From NCBI RefSeq assembly GCF_024521635.1, contig NW_026250433.1:372001-436000 (forward strand): 64,000 nucleotides of DNA, read 5' to 3'. The position numbers and the translations under genes were made by a program. Numbering within the stretch: the first letter of the stretch is position 1; every line of letters begins with the position of its first letter. The DNA is from Tricharina praecox (Eukaryota). Positions 13,891 through 25,850 of this stretch are shown piece after piece. The notes below the pieces were generated by a model. The model did no database searches. It saw only the letters and a program-made list of their open reading frames with translations, and was not told the origin of the DNA.

Positions 13891-14130
13891 GAACCTCAGG
13901 CTCAGGATCATATGTCTACCTCTATCGTCATATTCTTTCTCACTACCGCTGGAAGACGTTTCTTCGCATTGGCAGCTGCTCTGTTGGGACGTCCCGACGT
14001 TGAATGTGCCGAGTGGCACGGAAGGAATCCTTCCGATCTGTGAGTGGAGGGTGTTAGTGTGGATCAGAGTAGTAGGGGGAGGGGTGACGAACTTCGTGCT
14101 TGTTAAGCATGTTTGTTTTTTCGGGTTTTA

Positions 14131-14285
14131 ACGAGGATGATCCAGTTTTCGAACGAAATGAAGAGGATGATGTTCTCTCTTGTATTCTTTACTGACACTG
14201 CTGCGCTGGCGCAGTGGCGCAGCACAGCAGCTGAGCGCTTAATGTGGACTATCCTCGTCCAAAAAAAAAACTGGATCATCCTCGT
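14131..14285. repeat. 155-bp fold-back with 19-bp perfect terminal inverted repeat
   Basis: ACGAGGATGATCCAGTTTT (14131-14149) / AAAACTGGATCATCCTCGT (14267-14285), with weaker inner complementarity. Confidence 0.75.
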
Positions 14286-16587
14286 CAAGATCCGTTGTTT
14301 TTTTGGTACCCAGGGTGGGTTTGTAGTAGATGGTAAAGGGGATGGGTAGGAGGGAAGGGGAAGGGGATACTGGAAGGTTGTGGTGGGAGGGGGATAGCCG
14401 AGAGGGGAGGTTGTAATGTTGTTGGTGGTGGGGTAGGAAAATCGAAGAGAAGAAGAAGAAGAGGAGGAGGAGGAGGAGGGGGAGGAGGAAGGGGGGTCGA
14501 TCGAGAAGTTCCGACTCAGATCCAGCTGTCCGTCCGGCTAGCCGTCGACCCTACACCTGCAATGTCCAACAAAACAACCAAACGACCCACCCGGTAGTTC
14601 AGCCTCGACCGCGAGTGCAAACATTTGTATACCTTTGCGGAGCTGTGTCACTACGAGTCGGCTCGAACTTTGAATACTGGGTCTTATGCAGGCAATGCAG
14701 CGCTTTTCTCCCCATCGGCTCTGAGTCTACGGTGGGGTCGATTGCAACCCCCCCTCCGAGAACATAACGGCTGGGGCTTCGAGCTGGCTACTGAGGGAGC
14801 GCGGAGGCAGAAGCAGCGTGGAACCGTTGGCGAGCGCCGGGGAGACGAGGCCTAATTGAGACCTGGTGGGGCCTGATCCAGACTCGATGTGGTCATCCAA
14901 ACGTTTACCTGTCTCTGTTGTCACTACTCTGTCTTCCTGTCAGTCTTCATCCATTGAGCATCAGTCTTCATCAAACGTCGTCATCTCTCTCTTCATCGGC
15001 CTTCATCGGTCTTCATTAGTTCATCAGTTCATCACCTCTGCTGCTGTTTTTTACAATTGATCGATTTCTCTTTGCTTAATCACCCCCACCCCCATCCGTG
15101 GGCCCTCCTACGAAGGGGAGAAAATTAAAGAAGCACTACGACCGTTTCCAGCCTGGAGGACTGTATCAAAGTCTGGCACTCTTGCCTGGTTGCTTCTTGA
15201 TTTCCGTACAAACAAGCCGAGAATACCACAACTAGGTGAGTACTATCTTTGAGCCGGTGGAAGTGAATTTGGTGAGAGACGATGAATCTGACGTAGCCTT
15301 TTCAACCAGGAATGCCGAATCTCGTCGCCACTGTCTAGCCCGACTTTCATCACGCGGCCCGATGTGACTTTCCCTGCCCTCCGCCATGGCCTGTCCCAGC
15401 AATGAGATACATTATGTACTTGGCACATCCAGGGCCAGCTGAACCAGTGCCTGTCATGCAGAGTGACCGCGAGTGATCATCCCGAATCCTGGGTTCCGGA
15501 CACATCTCCGAAGTCCCCGCATGCCCGAATCCGAATGTTGACGCACACGACTCGACTGGTTACTGCAGCTCAGCGCCGGCACATCCGTGAGCGGCAACGA
15601 TATTCCCACCCCCGGCCCTCTCCCACTATGTACCGGTACATACGCGCCACCCCCCGCCCCGGCGCCCGGATCCCGGCAGCCACTTGGAATCGGCAGCGCC
15701 CGCCAGCCAGCCAGCCAGCCCATCCGTCTTCCGCGCGTCTAATCCTCGCCTCCGCCCTCCCCCCACTCACCCGTCCTCTCCCCCCCTTCGCCAATTAACC
15801 CGCCTGCACACCGGACCTCACCTAACCGTTAGGCACCGGGACCACCGGTTGTTTTAACTTTTTAAACTCCGTTTGTGTCTCGAGCTCGGGGCAAGAAAGT
15901 GGGAATCCAGCGAGAGCCTAAATTCATGACGTTGCGTCGTGCGTCGTGCGTGTGGAGAAGGGGGAATCCGGATAATTGCGAATTTACCCGGTGTCGCTAT
16001 GGACCAGCGCAGTGAACCCCGCGATGGAGGTACCGTGCCTACCCTACGGCATGTGGCGGAGGGGCGGGGGGAGGGAAGCAGAAAGAAACTCATCGGCATT
16101 CTTCCACACTGCTGAGAGGATCAGCGGAAGTCTCATTGGGACAGTGAAGCCGATTCGCCCGCTGCACACTGCAAGCAGGAGTTCCTGCGTTTGTGGTATG
16201 TGTTCCATCCAACCAGCAACGATGTAGGCCGTGGATGGATTACTGTGTGAGGAAGTGGATGGCGGGGGGAGGGGGCCCAGATTGAGTTTGCGGGAAAAAA
16301 ATACCCTGACGCCTCCGTCGGAAGCTACCTAGAGAGCTAGCTATCACAACCACCCAGTAACTATCAACTATCCACCGAGCCTGATTATGCACAAGTTGAA
16401 CCTCCACGTAGCAGCTTCTACCGTCGCCTGCGGAAGGACCGTGCTGGCGGCAGCAGCAGCAGGCAGAGGAGGAGGAGGATTGATAAAACCGGTGCTTCCC
16501 CTCCCTCTCAACTGTCGGCCATCTTCTCTTCTCCATCCCCGCGCCATCCACTACGCCCTCCCCCTCCCCCCTCTCACCCACCGCAAC

Positions 16588-17568
16588 ATGTCCACCGTAA
16601 CCAAGTACACCGCGCGCGACGGCGACGCCGTGCTCCCACTCTTCAGCCTTCGCGGCAAGACCTGCATCGTGACGGGCTCTGGGGCCGGAATCGGCTACGC
16701 AGTCGCGCAGGCCTTCGCCGAAGCCGGCGGCAACGTCGCCTTCCTGTACAACTCTAACCCGAAGACCGTCGAGCGCGCGGCCGAGACCGCAGAGAAGTAC
16801 GGCGTCGTCTGCAAGGCGTACAAGCTCGACGTCACTAGCCAGCAGGAGGTCGAGAAAACCGTCGACCAGGTCGTAGAAGACTTCAACGGCCGCCTCGACG
16901 TCTTCGTGGCTAATGCTGGCATTCCCTGGACTAAGGGCCCGATCATCGAGGCCAACGACGTATGCCCCCCCCCCCCCCCCCCATCCCCTCCCATCCCCCC
17001 GCCCCCCACCTCCCCACGCACGCCCACTAACCCCGCCCAGCACGCACACTACACAGCCGTCGTCTCGACGGATCTCGATAGCGTGTACTTCTCGGCGCAC
17101 GCAGCCGGCAAGCACTTCCAGCGGCAGGGGTGCGGCTCCTTCGTAGCGACCGCGTCTATGTCCGGCCACATCGTGAACCTTCCGCAAGCGCAGGCGGTGT
17201 ACAACGCGGCGAAGGCGGGTGTGATCCACATGTGCAAGTCCTTGGCCGTGGAGTGGGCCGGCTTCGCCCGCGTAAACACTGTCAGCCCTGGCTACATCGC
17301 CACGGAGATCTCAAGCTTTGTGCCCGACGAGACGAAGAAGATCTGGCATGAGAAGACTCCTATGCGAAGGGAGGGACTGGCCAATGAGCTCAAGGGCGCG
17401 TACCTCTACTTTGCGAGCGATGCGAGTACTTTCACTACTGGGAGTGATCTGATTGTTGATGGGTACGTTAACGCTTTTTCTCCACCTGCTCCTGCTCCTG
17501 CTCTGGGTGCGTGTGATGACGAGGCCGGATGCTAACGTCCCACCTACAGAGGTTACTGTGCTCCTTAA
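16588..17568 (+). CDS. Short-chain dehydrogenase/reductase, L-xylulose/sorbose reductase (Sou1/Lxr-like) subgroup; 3 exons, ~270 aa
   Basis: Motifs: TGSGAGIG Rossmann motif, NAGI, catalytic S...YNAAK, SLAVEWAGFARVNTVSPGY, and C-terminal TGSDLIVDGGYCAP*. Introns 16960-17040 and 17463-17549 have GT donors, CTAAC branch points and CAG acceptors. Confidence 0.93.
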
Positions 17569-17881
17569 GCGCCCTCGAAGAGACGAGTGTGGACGACGAC
17601 GGAGTAGATGTTACGATATATATGACAGGAATCCTAGATATAGAATTGCAAAGACTTTTGTTTATCCGATAAGTTTATCGTTTTGCGCTTTTGCTGCTGG
17701 TACTCGAGTGACTTGACATGCATACACGATACCACACCACACACCACACACACACTCTCAACATCAACAGACAGACACCTGAATCGCCCCGTTGCTTCAA
17801 ACGTGAACGAGAACCAAGCTACAATAGGTAAAAAGTTACAAAGAAAAGAGAAGAAGAGGAGGCAGGTTGGGTAAAATAACC

Positions 17882-17947
<66 letters not shown>
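17882..17947. repeat. (GTA)n microsatellite, ~22 units
   Basis: Directly visible, between the convergent 3' ends of the SDR and OPI1. Confidence 0.95.
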
Positions 17948-18466
17948 TGGTAGTATGATAGTAGTATGATAATAGTAAAAGAAGTAATTTTGGAGTCGAA
18001 CAGGAGGACTCGCTCGGAGACATCAAAGGTTACTCTTCGGATCCCATCCATTCATCCACCGCACCGGGGCTTTGACAGGCTCCAGCCTCCAGTCGAAAAG
18101 AGGTAGAGTACGGTATCCCACCTCTCACCTATCACACCTTACCTCACCTCACCCTCTAATATCACCCGTCCACATTCCACAATCATGTAAAAAAGAATAT
18201 GTTCCCAAAATAAGAAGAAAAGAAAATGAAGTAGAAAAAACCCCATACCATACCAAGAAATGAAGGTAAAGTAACAAAAGTAACAAACTGACTGGACGCC
18301 TCCCACCCCACCCCGACCCTCCCGCGCAAGCAAGCAAGCGATAACCAAACAAACAATAAACAAAAACAAAATCCCAATAACCCAATAACCTAATACGACT
18401 GGACTCGACTCGACTCGACTGCAAGAAATGGCAGTGTGCATGCACGATGGTGCGGAGCAGATCTCA

Positions 18467-20427
18467 TCACCCCGCCTTAGCCATGGAGACATCGCCGTCC
18501 GCCTCGCGTTCCGGTGTGGCGGTGGTGGCGTTGGTAGTAGTAGTAGCAGTAGGAGCATCCATCCAGCTGACGCGCTTCCTCTCGTCCTTCTCCGGCAGCG
18601 AGCCGTCCTCCTGCTCATCCGTCTTCTTGCCGAAGCGCTCGCACCACTCCTCGGCGCTGACGAGGGTCCCATCGACCACCTCGGCGACACCACGCATCAT
18701 GTCCAGTCCCTCACGCGCCATCATCAGAACACGCACCGCCTTTCCTTTCGTTCGTCTGCCGGTGTCGTCTTCGGGCTCGGCGATGGTGACACCTTGCTCG
18801 ACGTCGCCGGAGGAGGTGGAAGATGTTGCCGCCTGCCACTTGAGAGGAAAGCTCAAGAGCTGCCGCTTGACCACGTTCCTCGCATGCTCGGGCAGCGCGC
18901 CCCCCGCGTATCGGGAGATGGTGTCGACGACCACTTTCAGCGTCTTGAGCGCTTCGTCTTTGAGCCGGTCGACAGTCTCCGCCAGGTGTTGGCGGCGCTG
19001 CTCGTAGCCCTCTCCTAGGTACCCTGCTACTCCCAGGGGCGGTGAAGTAGGTGCCGACGAGCCCTCGCCGCACTTCTGGCTCAGATACTGGTCCAGTTCG
19101 TCGACAACGTTCGTAAGAGTGGCGATGACTTTCATCAAGTTTCCGTTCGCCGCCAGGAGGATCTTGAGGCAGTATTTGAGTGACCGCCGCGACTCGTCGG
19201 AAAGGGCAGTCGCGAGTCCCGTGGACGAGTAGTACAATCTCGTCTGCCAACCGCGCTCGCGACTATTCTGGACCTCTACCAATTGCTTCTCGGGTGTTGC
19301 GGGGGCCGGTTCCTTCTCCGATTTCCTTCGCTTCTTTTCCCCACCGTTAGGCTCGGCTTTATCGTTGCTACGGTGGCGCGTGAGGCCTCGACGGATGTAG
19401 TTTTCGAGGCCGGTGCGGCGGACCACGGGGGCAGCGACGTTCTCGGCCGATTCGGCGACGTAGCGGAAAGGCGGGATGTAATTCTTGGAAGCGTTGTAGG
19501 TGGACGATGAGATCGAGAGTGCCGTGGAGAGGAGAGGGTGGACGGAAGACGCGGACGACTGGATTAGGTTGAGGAGGGGTTCCTGCTGGTTTGGAGGAGA
19601 GTTCGGCGCGGTAAGGGGATGCGCAAAGTCTGAATCGTTCGTGTCAGCCACATTTCGTCTTCCACGAGAGGGTTGATCAAAGATGCACAGCAGGCAGGCG
19701 CATCTCGACGGGGATGTTGCTGGAGGAGTCAACTGCACTACGCACCTGCCTTCAATCCGCCCAGCGCCTCGACGGCATCCCGCACGTCGGGATCCTCCAT
19801 GCTCAACCCAGTAGTGGACATCACACTCGTGCCACGACTGCTCCTCGCCATCGCATCTTCATCCCTATCGATGATGTCGCTTCCCTTCCGCTTCATGCCG
19901 CGCTCACCGCCATTCTCAAACGCGTTGTGATCCACTGCTGCGGGCGCCGAGATCAGGCTCTGGATCGACAGATTCCGCGACGTCTCGGGTTCCCTGAGTG
20001 GCTGCTGGCGTCTCTCGTGACTGATGACCTCCGTCTTCCATCCGAAGGGCAAGTACTCCTCTTTACTCTGCGTTAGCGGGGGCAGCGGAGGCGGTAGATC
20101 GAAGCTCCGTCTCCCGCCCGCCGGTGGTTCGCCGAGCATACGGCCTTCGCCAGCGAGCGCTGAGGCAGGAGGCAGGATTATCGCCGACTGCCCTGACGGG
20201 CGCGCATTGTGGTAATTGAGGATCGCCAGTTCGGACCGACGTTGCTGCTGCTGTAGCTGTGGATCGGTGCGCGGGGGGGATGGGAAAATATCCTTCGAGA
20301 GGGTGGACGTGAGGGAGGACGAGGAGGTAGCAGTGGTAGATGCGGGCGGAACCGCCGAGGTCATCTTGAGGGGGACCATCGGTGCCGGGGCGGGAGACGA
20401 GGACTTGTGACGGGTTTTGGTCGCCAT
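18467..20427 (-). CDS. OPI1: Opi1-family transcriptional repressor; 2 exons (20427-19746, 19629-18467), ~614 aa
   Basis: Motifs I recognise from fungal Opi1 proteins: EDPDVRDAVEALGGLKAD, HPLLS...SSTYNASK, WQTRL...GLATALSDESRRSLKYCL, ISRYAGGALPEHARNVVKRQLLSFP, VLMMAREGLDMM...TLVSAEEWCER. Intron 19745-19630 (GTGCGT...GCTGAC...CAG) restores the frame. Confidence 0.92.
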
Positions 20428-23400
20428 GTGCACGGAAGGATCAGGAGGAGGGGGGCGAGGGGGGGAGGTTGGATGTGTGTTCGCTGTTTTCGGCGACCGA
20501 GGGAGGTGCGGTTCGGCTGGTGTGGGTTATCGTTTTGTGGAGCGTGGGGTTTTTTAGGGATTTTTTTCCTCCGAGGTGACCGAGTGGGTGTGTGTCGAGC
20601 GTTTGTGGGTGCTCGTGAAGCGAAAGTGGAGTGTGAGTGAATGTGAGAATGAGTGTGAGTGGGTGAGTGGGTGAGTGGGTGTCTCTGGTTGGCGGAGGGT
20701 GGGTGGGAATGGGAAGGATGAATGGGTGGAGGAGGGTGTGTGTGTGTGTGGGCCGGACGCGGGAGGCAGGCTTGGTGGGGGAGTGGAGGTGAAGATGGAG
20801 AGTAGGATGAATGGGGAGGGTGAGGAGAGTGAGGGTGAGGAGGGTGAGGATGAGGAGGATGAGGAGGAGGATGAGGAGGAGGATGAGAAGCAGGCGGAAG
20901 AAGGTGTTCGCCGCCCCCTCCAGTGACGATGATCCTACCGTATCTCCACATGCCCTGATTTCGGCTTCGCATTCACATTCCAATATCCCTCGCGTCTATT
21001 GCCGTCCCTTGCCTAACCCACGTCCATTAAATTCCTACCGTGATGGAACGTGTATGTCTGTACGGTGCGCTCTCCGACGATGCTCCCATCACCGGCGTGA
21101 AGAATACTGCGATAGCAACTATCTTCGCTCTCGTTCCGTCCGCCGGCCTGAGGCCTCCCATTCGCACACGGCCGTCTCCAACTCTGACGAAAATTGCACG
21201 TGCTGCTCGCTCTGGAGCACCATCGCTCCCCACCCACCCGCACGTCCTCCTTCCTTTCCAAGGAATGCTCACTCTTTTTTTCGCTTGGCCGCTGACGATG
21301 ATGCACTTGCATGTGATACAGAGTTGCGCTGTCAGACTTCAGCCTTGAGCTGATCGTCATCGTCCACCATGAGCTGAGCCGGAGAATCTCCGAAGAGCGA
21401 CGATAGCAAAGAGCGAGATGCGATAACCGTGTAGATATTGCGGATAATACCATCTCACAGAAACCAGCACCCCGCCCCCTGAAGTCCGATCTTTTCGATT
21501 CTTCGTCCGTCTCGCGCCCTCGTGATGGTGGCAATTTCGTCGGTGAACACGCTTCGGAACGATCCGAGCCAATCCCACGCTTCCATGTGCTTCCAACCGC
21601 GACCGAACCCCCACCGGTAGCGAAGAGCGTGTACTCATGGAGAATAAGGCAAGAAGGGGTGAAGGAAACACGAGCATATGAGGTATGTACAACCACCGGC
21701 ACCGAGAGCACAGCAGAGCGTCGAACCGAGCATCCGCCGACGAGAAACACCTCACACGGCGTGACGGCGCGGGCGTCTTTCATGTGGAGATCGAGCATCG
21801 GAGAAGCTCCGCGATAAGATTAGATAAGATTACGGGGATTAACCGGTTACATACCCACCCCAAGGTGAGCCGTGGCTCGTGATGCTCTTGAGTCTTTACT
21901 CTATGAGGTGGAGTTTAGTTTATCTCTGACTTTGCCTCAGTTATGCATACCGACCGGCGACAGTCGCCCGGATCCTAAGCCGCTCACAAGTTGAATACCG
22001 GTATGTACCTACTAGGTATTCGGCGTGAAGTCCATCTCACCGAACCCCGTGTACCGGTAGGTATGTTCCAGCAACCGGTAACGAAAGCGCATCGTTTGGA
22101 TCATCCGTGCAAGGACATTTGGGGCCGGGGAGCGCGCTCATCAAGGCACTAACCGTACTAATAGGAGACCCGGTGGCCGCAATGCTCTCCGACGGCGGTG
22201 GAACGGGAGGCCAGATGAAGCGTGAAGGTACCGGTATGTACCGGTACATACTCGTATTGGAAATTCGGTCGGACTCCACAGGTTGTGATGGAGGCCGTTC
22301 ATGGGGGGAGGAGGTGGGTAAGACCACCACCTTCAATCTCATGTCTCAACCTCAAGTCCTAAAATTCGCCTATGAGATGATAGATCCCGGCCCGGCTGCT
22401 GGCAGCACCAGAGCCGAACAAACACCTCTCTGTCCCTCGAGGCTCGCATCCACTTGTCTCTCTACCACCTACTCTACGGTAGAGCACCCTTCTCGCCTCC
22501 GTCGAGCGTCGTATATACATACGAAAGCCAGCTTTCACGGCACCGTTCACCGACGCTGGGCTGGATATGCGGCACGACCGCCGAAGATACGTACTTCAAT
22601 CATACCGTATCGGCAACGTTGGTGTCATGATCACCGTTTCATCAGAATATGACTGCAGGACGCGACTGCCCTGGAAATAGAAGGGCTCGTTTTCGCTCGT
22701 GTCTTTGGTGGTTGCATGTGGCATGTGCCACACAGGCTCCTTACTCAGCATCTGCGATAATCAGAAGAACAGCCCCCAAATCCAATCCAATCCAATCCAA
22801 TCCGCCGTAACACTGAAGTTTGAATAGTCCTCGGTAAGTTGGCGATAGGTAATAGTATTCATAATAAGATAATCCTCTGCCCTACCTATCCTGCTTCCTC
22901 CCTTCTCCCCATCTCCCCTTCTCCTCTCTTCTCCTCTCTTCTCCTCTCCTCTCCAGTGTCGATTGCACGCGTCCGATCGTCTTTCACATGCCACATCCCT
23001 ATCCCCACCCAACCCCAACCCCCACGCGCGGCTCTTGCGCTGCTAGCGGTCGGCTACATTTCTCCGAAGTTAGTCGCGTCCGGCAGTTTGCGACGGAAGA
23101 ATTGGGCAATTGGGGCAATGGGGACACGTCGGTGCGGGGTCGCGGATTCGAGGGGGGGGAAGTGGCAATGCATAAATACCGGTACCGTGCGGGCAGGTCA
23201 GGCAACCGGAGACTGGAGAACTGTGTTCGAAACGGGGGACGCGTAGTACTCTAGGCTCCAGAGTAGAGAGTGAGGTGAGCGATCGTCGAGGGCTGTTTGC
23301 GCCGTGCGGACCGCTGGGTTACATAACACCGCTGTCTTTGCGACTCGCGAGTCGAGCCACGTTAATACTCCACTTACTCTACCTAAGTCGCGATTCCGAA

Positions 23401-25175
23401 CCTCACGGATCCAGCTCGTCGACTATCGTTGATCGCTGTGGCAGCATCACATGTCCCCCCGCCTCCCCCCTCCTCCCCCCTCCTCCCCGCGACTCGCCCG
23501 ACTCGCCCGACTCCTTTCCCGTGACCCGCCCGCGCATCTATTCCCCGAATTCCCCGTGCGGCTCCGCCCCCGCTCCAGTGCTCCAGTGCTCCACCCGCAC
23601 GCTCTACTTCGTACCCGGCCCCAGGACCCGAGCGCCGGGGTACGTAGAGTGCCTAGAGTAGGTACATACGGTACGAGTACCTGCAGTCCTACCCACCAAT
23701 GTACTGTCTCAGGGTCCTCAATTTCAATCTCCTAGGCAACCCAAACTCCCAATAACCTCTGCCCTGCCTGTGCCCTGCCGGAACCGCGGCTATATATTTT
23801 ACCAGATGGCTCGTTGCTCGTGTGATAGAGTACTCTCTACTTGACATATATAGAGTGGTGAGATGCCTCGGACACGCGGATGGATATTATTGGGGTCCGA
23901 GTTGGGGGTGGGCACTGGGCAGGGGTGTAAGTGCAAGTGCGATGAAGCTTACATGCGGTGGGTCATACGGACGTTTATGGTTTACTGGGTTATGTAATGG
24001 CGTTGACGGCGAGCCCGAGGCTTTACTCTATGAGGTATGTATGCAAGTAGCGGAATCATGAGGGAGCATTCGGTATAGACTGAGCGCGGTCGTGTCATTG
24101 TGAGTGACGAGTTGTGTTATAGGATAGTTGGGAAAGAGCAGTTGAGTGTTGGGCTTGAATCAATCGCGGGGGTTGGCTCGACACACTGCGGGGGAACCCA
24201 GGGGAACTGAGGAGTAAGGAAATTTGCCGACTCGCGGGGCCGAGTACAAGTAGTACACGCAACACCCATTCTCATTCGGTATTTTTCAGCGTCGACAACT
24301 CCCAGTCTCCCAAATCTACGATACAAGTATCGGACAGGTCTCGGACATGACCCGGAGGGAGCGAATGATCGAGTCCACGTATCAGACCTACCTAAGCAAA
24401 ACACACGCCAACATCACCCACGAGATCTATCATCTCCCCGCGAAGCTGCAGACACGGCCATCCTCCCGCGTGAATTTCCGGCAGCGGCTCTTTGGTTGGC
24501 CGAGTTGCCGCGGACGTCTATACATCCCCGGCCCGTCGCAAGAAACGTCGCGATGGTGAAGACTGCTTCCATCGCACTTGTCTCGAGCCGCGAGGAGGTT
24601 TGGAACTTGGAAGAGTCTGGAAGGCTATTGAGCGGATAAGCTTGAACTTAACGCAACGCGGGTGGTGATTGACCTGTAGGTACGTACGTCGCCAGTGCAA
24701 GGGTGGAAGTTTGTACATAAGTACGCACTCACGAATGGGACCCCTATGACGCTCGGGATGTTCGATACTAGACTATCTATGGCGGGAGAGAGGCTGAGGA
24801 CCAGGTAGGCGCCACGTTCGACCGGTCACCGGTGTTGACGGCCTGGAGAGGACTGGATGTACATACCTTAAACTATCGCTACCGGGCACGGTTAAACAAG
24901 GAATAGTGAGACTGAAAATAAAACACGATTGATGTTCAGTGAGTATGTAAACTGTCGTGGCTGGCGACGGTTGGATACGGAACCATCAAACAAAAAACAC
25001 ACAACCATATCGGATATCACTTGGAGTCACGGATTCTTTACTTCGCCTGAGGTTTCTTGGAACTCTTCCATTCGTGTATTGAGGAACACCAAGCCGCCTT
25101 CCATTCATGTCCCTCATTCCCATCAGCACACCACCAATCATCCCCCCCCCCCCATTTCCATCAGCACACCGCCAC

Positions 25176-25850
25176 TCAAACAGCATCCCTCCACAGCCAA
25201 ACACCTTGACCTCCGGCGGGCTGAGTGCCCTGACCATTCCAGTAGCGAATCTTCTACGCATTAGCTCTTTGCCTATCTTCCAAGTTCCAAGTTCCAACAC
25301 CAGAGCGGAAACTCACGCTGTATCCAGTGGTGATTGTAGCATCGGGGAAAGCCATCCACTGGGCACCAGTGCCGTTGTACACCAGCTGCAGCCCTCCGCA
25401 ATTTCCGCCGCAGTTCAGCACAGTGATGGCAAAGTCTGCGGACAGAACGGTGGTGTCGTCGGGCTTCGTGCCGAAGTAGAAGTCGTACAGGTTCGCGGTC
25501 TCGGAGGGGAGGAGGTACGCCTGCGCGCCGTTGTCGTCGCGGAAGAGCTCGCCGACCGGGAGGTCGTCGTTGGGTACGGCGTTGGTAATGCGCTATTTCT
25601 CCGAGTCAGTGGGTGGGTGCACGCCCTGGGCTGGTGGGGAGGTGGAGCTTACGCTGACAAAGCCCTGGTAGTCGGCGGAGATTCGGTTGAAACCTACTCG
25701 ACCGGCGCTGTCGTAGTCGGCATAGCCGCTGAGGAATGGTTCGACGCGGCGGTAGCTCGTGGCGCGCATCTTGAAGCGCCAGACGCCGTTGGCTTGTGCG
25801 GATGCAAGCGACAGAAGGGTTGCCAATAGGATGGGGAGTGCGAGCTTCAT
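25176..25850 (-). CDS. Small secreted protein of unknown function; 3 exons (25850-25653, 25592-25317, 25253-25176), ~183 aa
   Basis: Signal peptide MKLALPILLATLLSLASAQ. Introns 25652-25593 (GTAAGC...CTGAC...TAG) and 25316-25254 (GTGAGT...GCTAAT...TAG) give a continuous frame with strong C/G third-position bias, ending IRYWNGQGTQPAGGQGVWLWRDAV*. Confidence 0.85.

Noticed and set aside
16240..17229. 329-aa antisense ORF (also 18428-19018, 25107-25829, 40511-41182, 54705-55505)
   Set aside because: Shadow ORFs opposite GC3-rich real genes.
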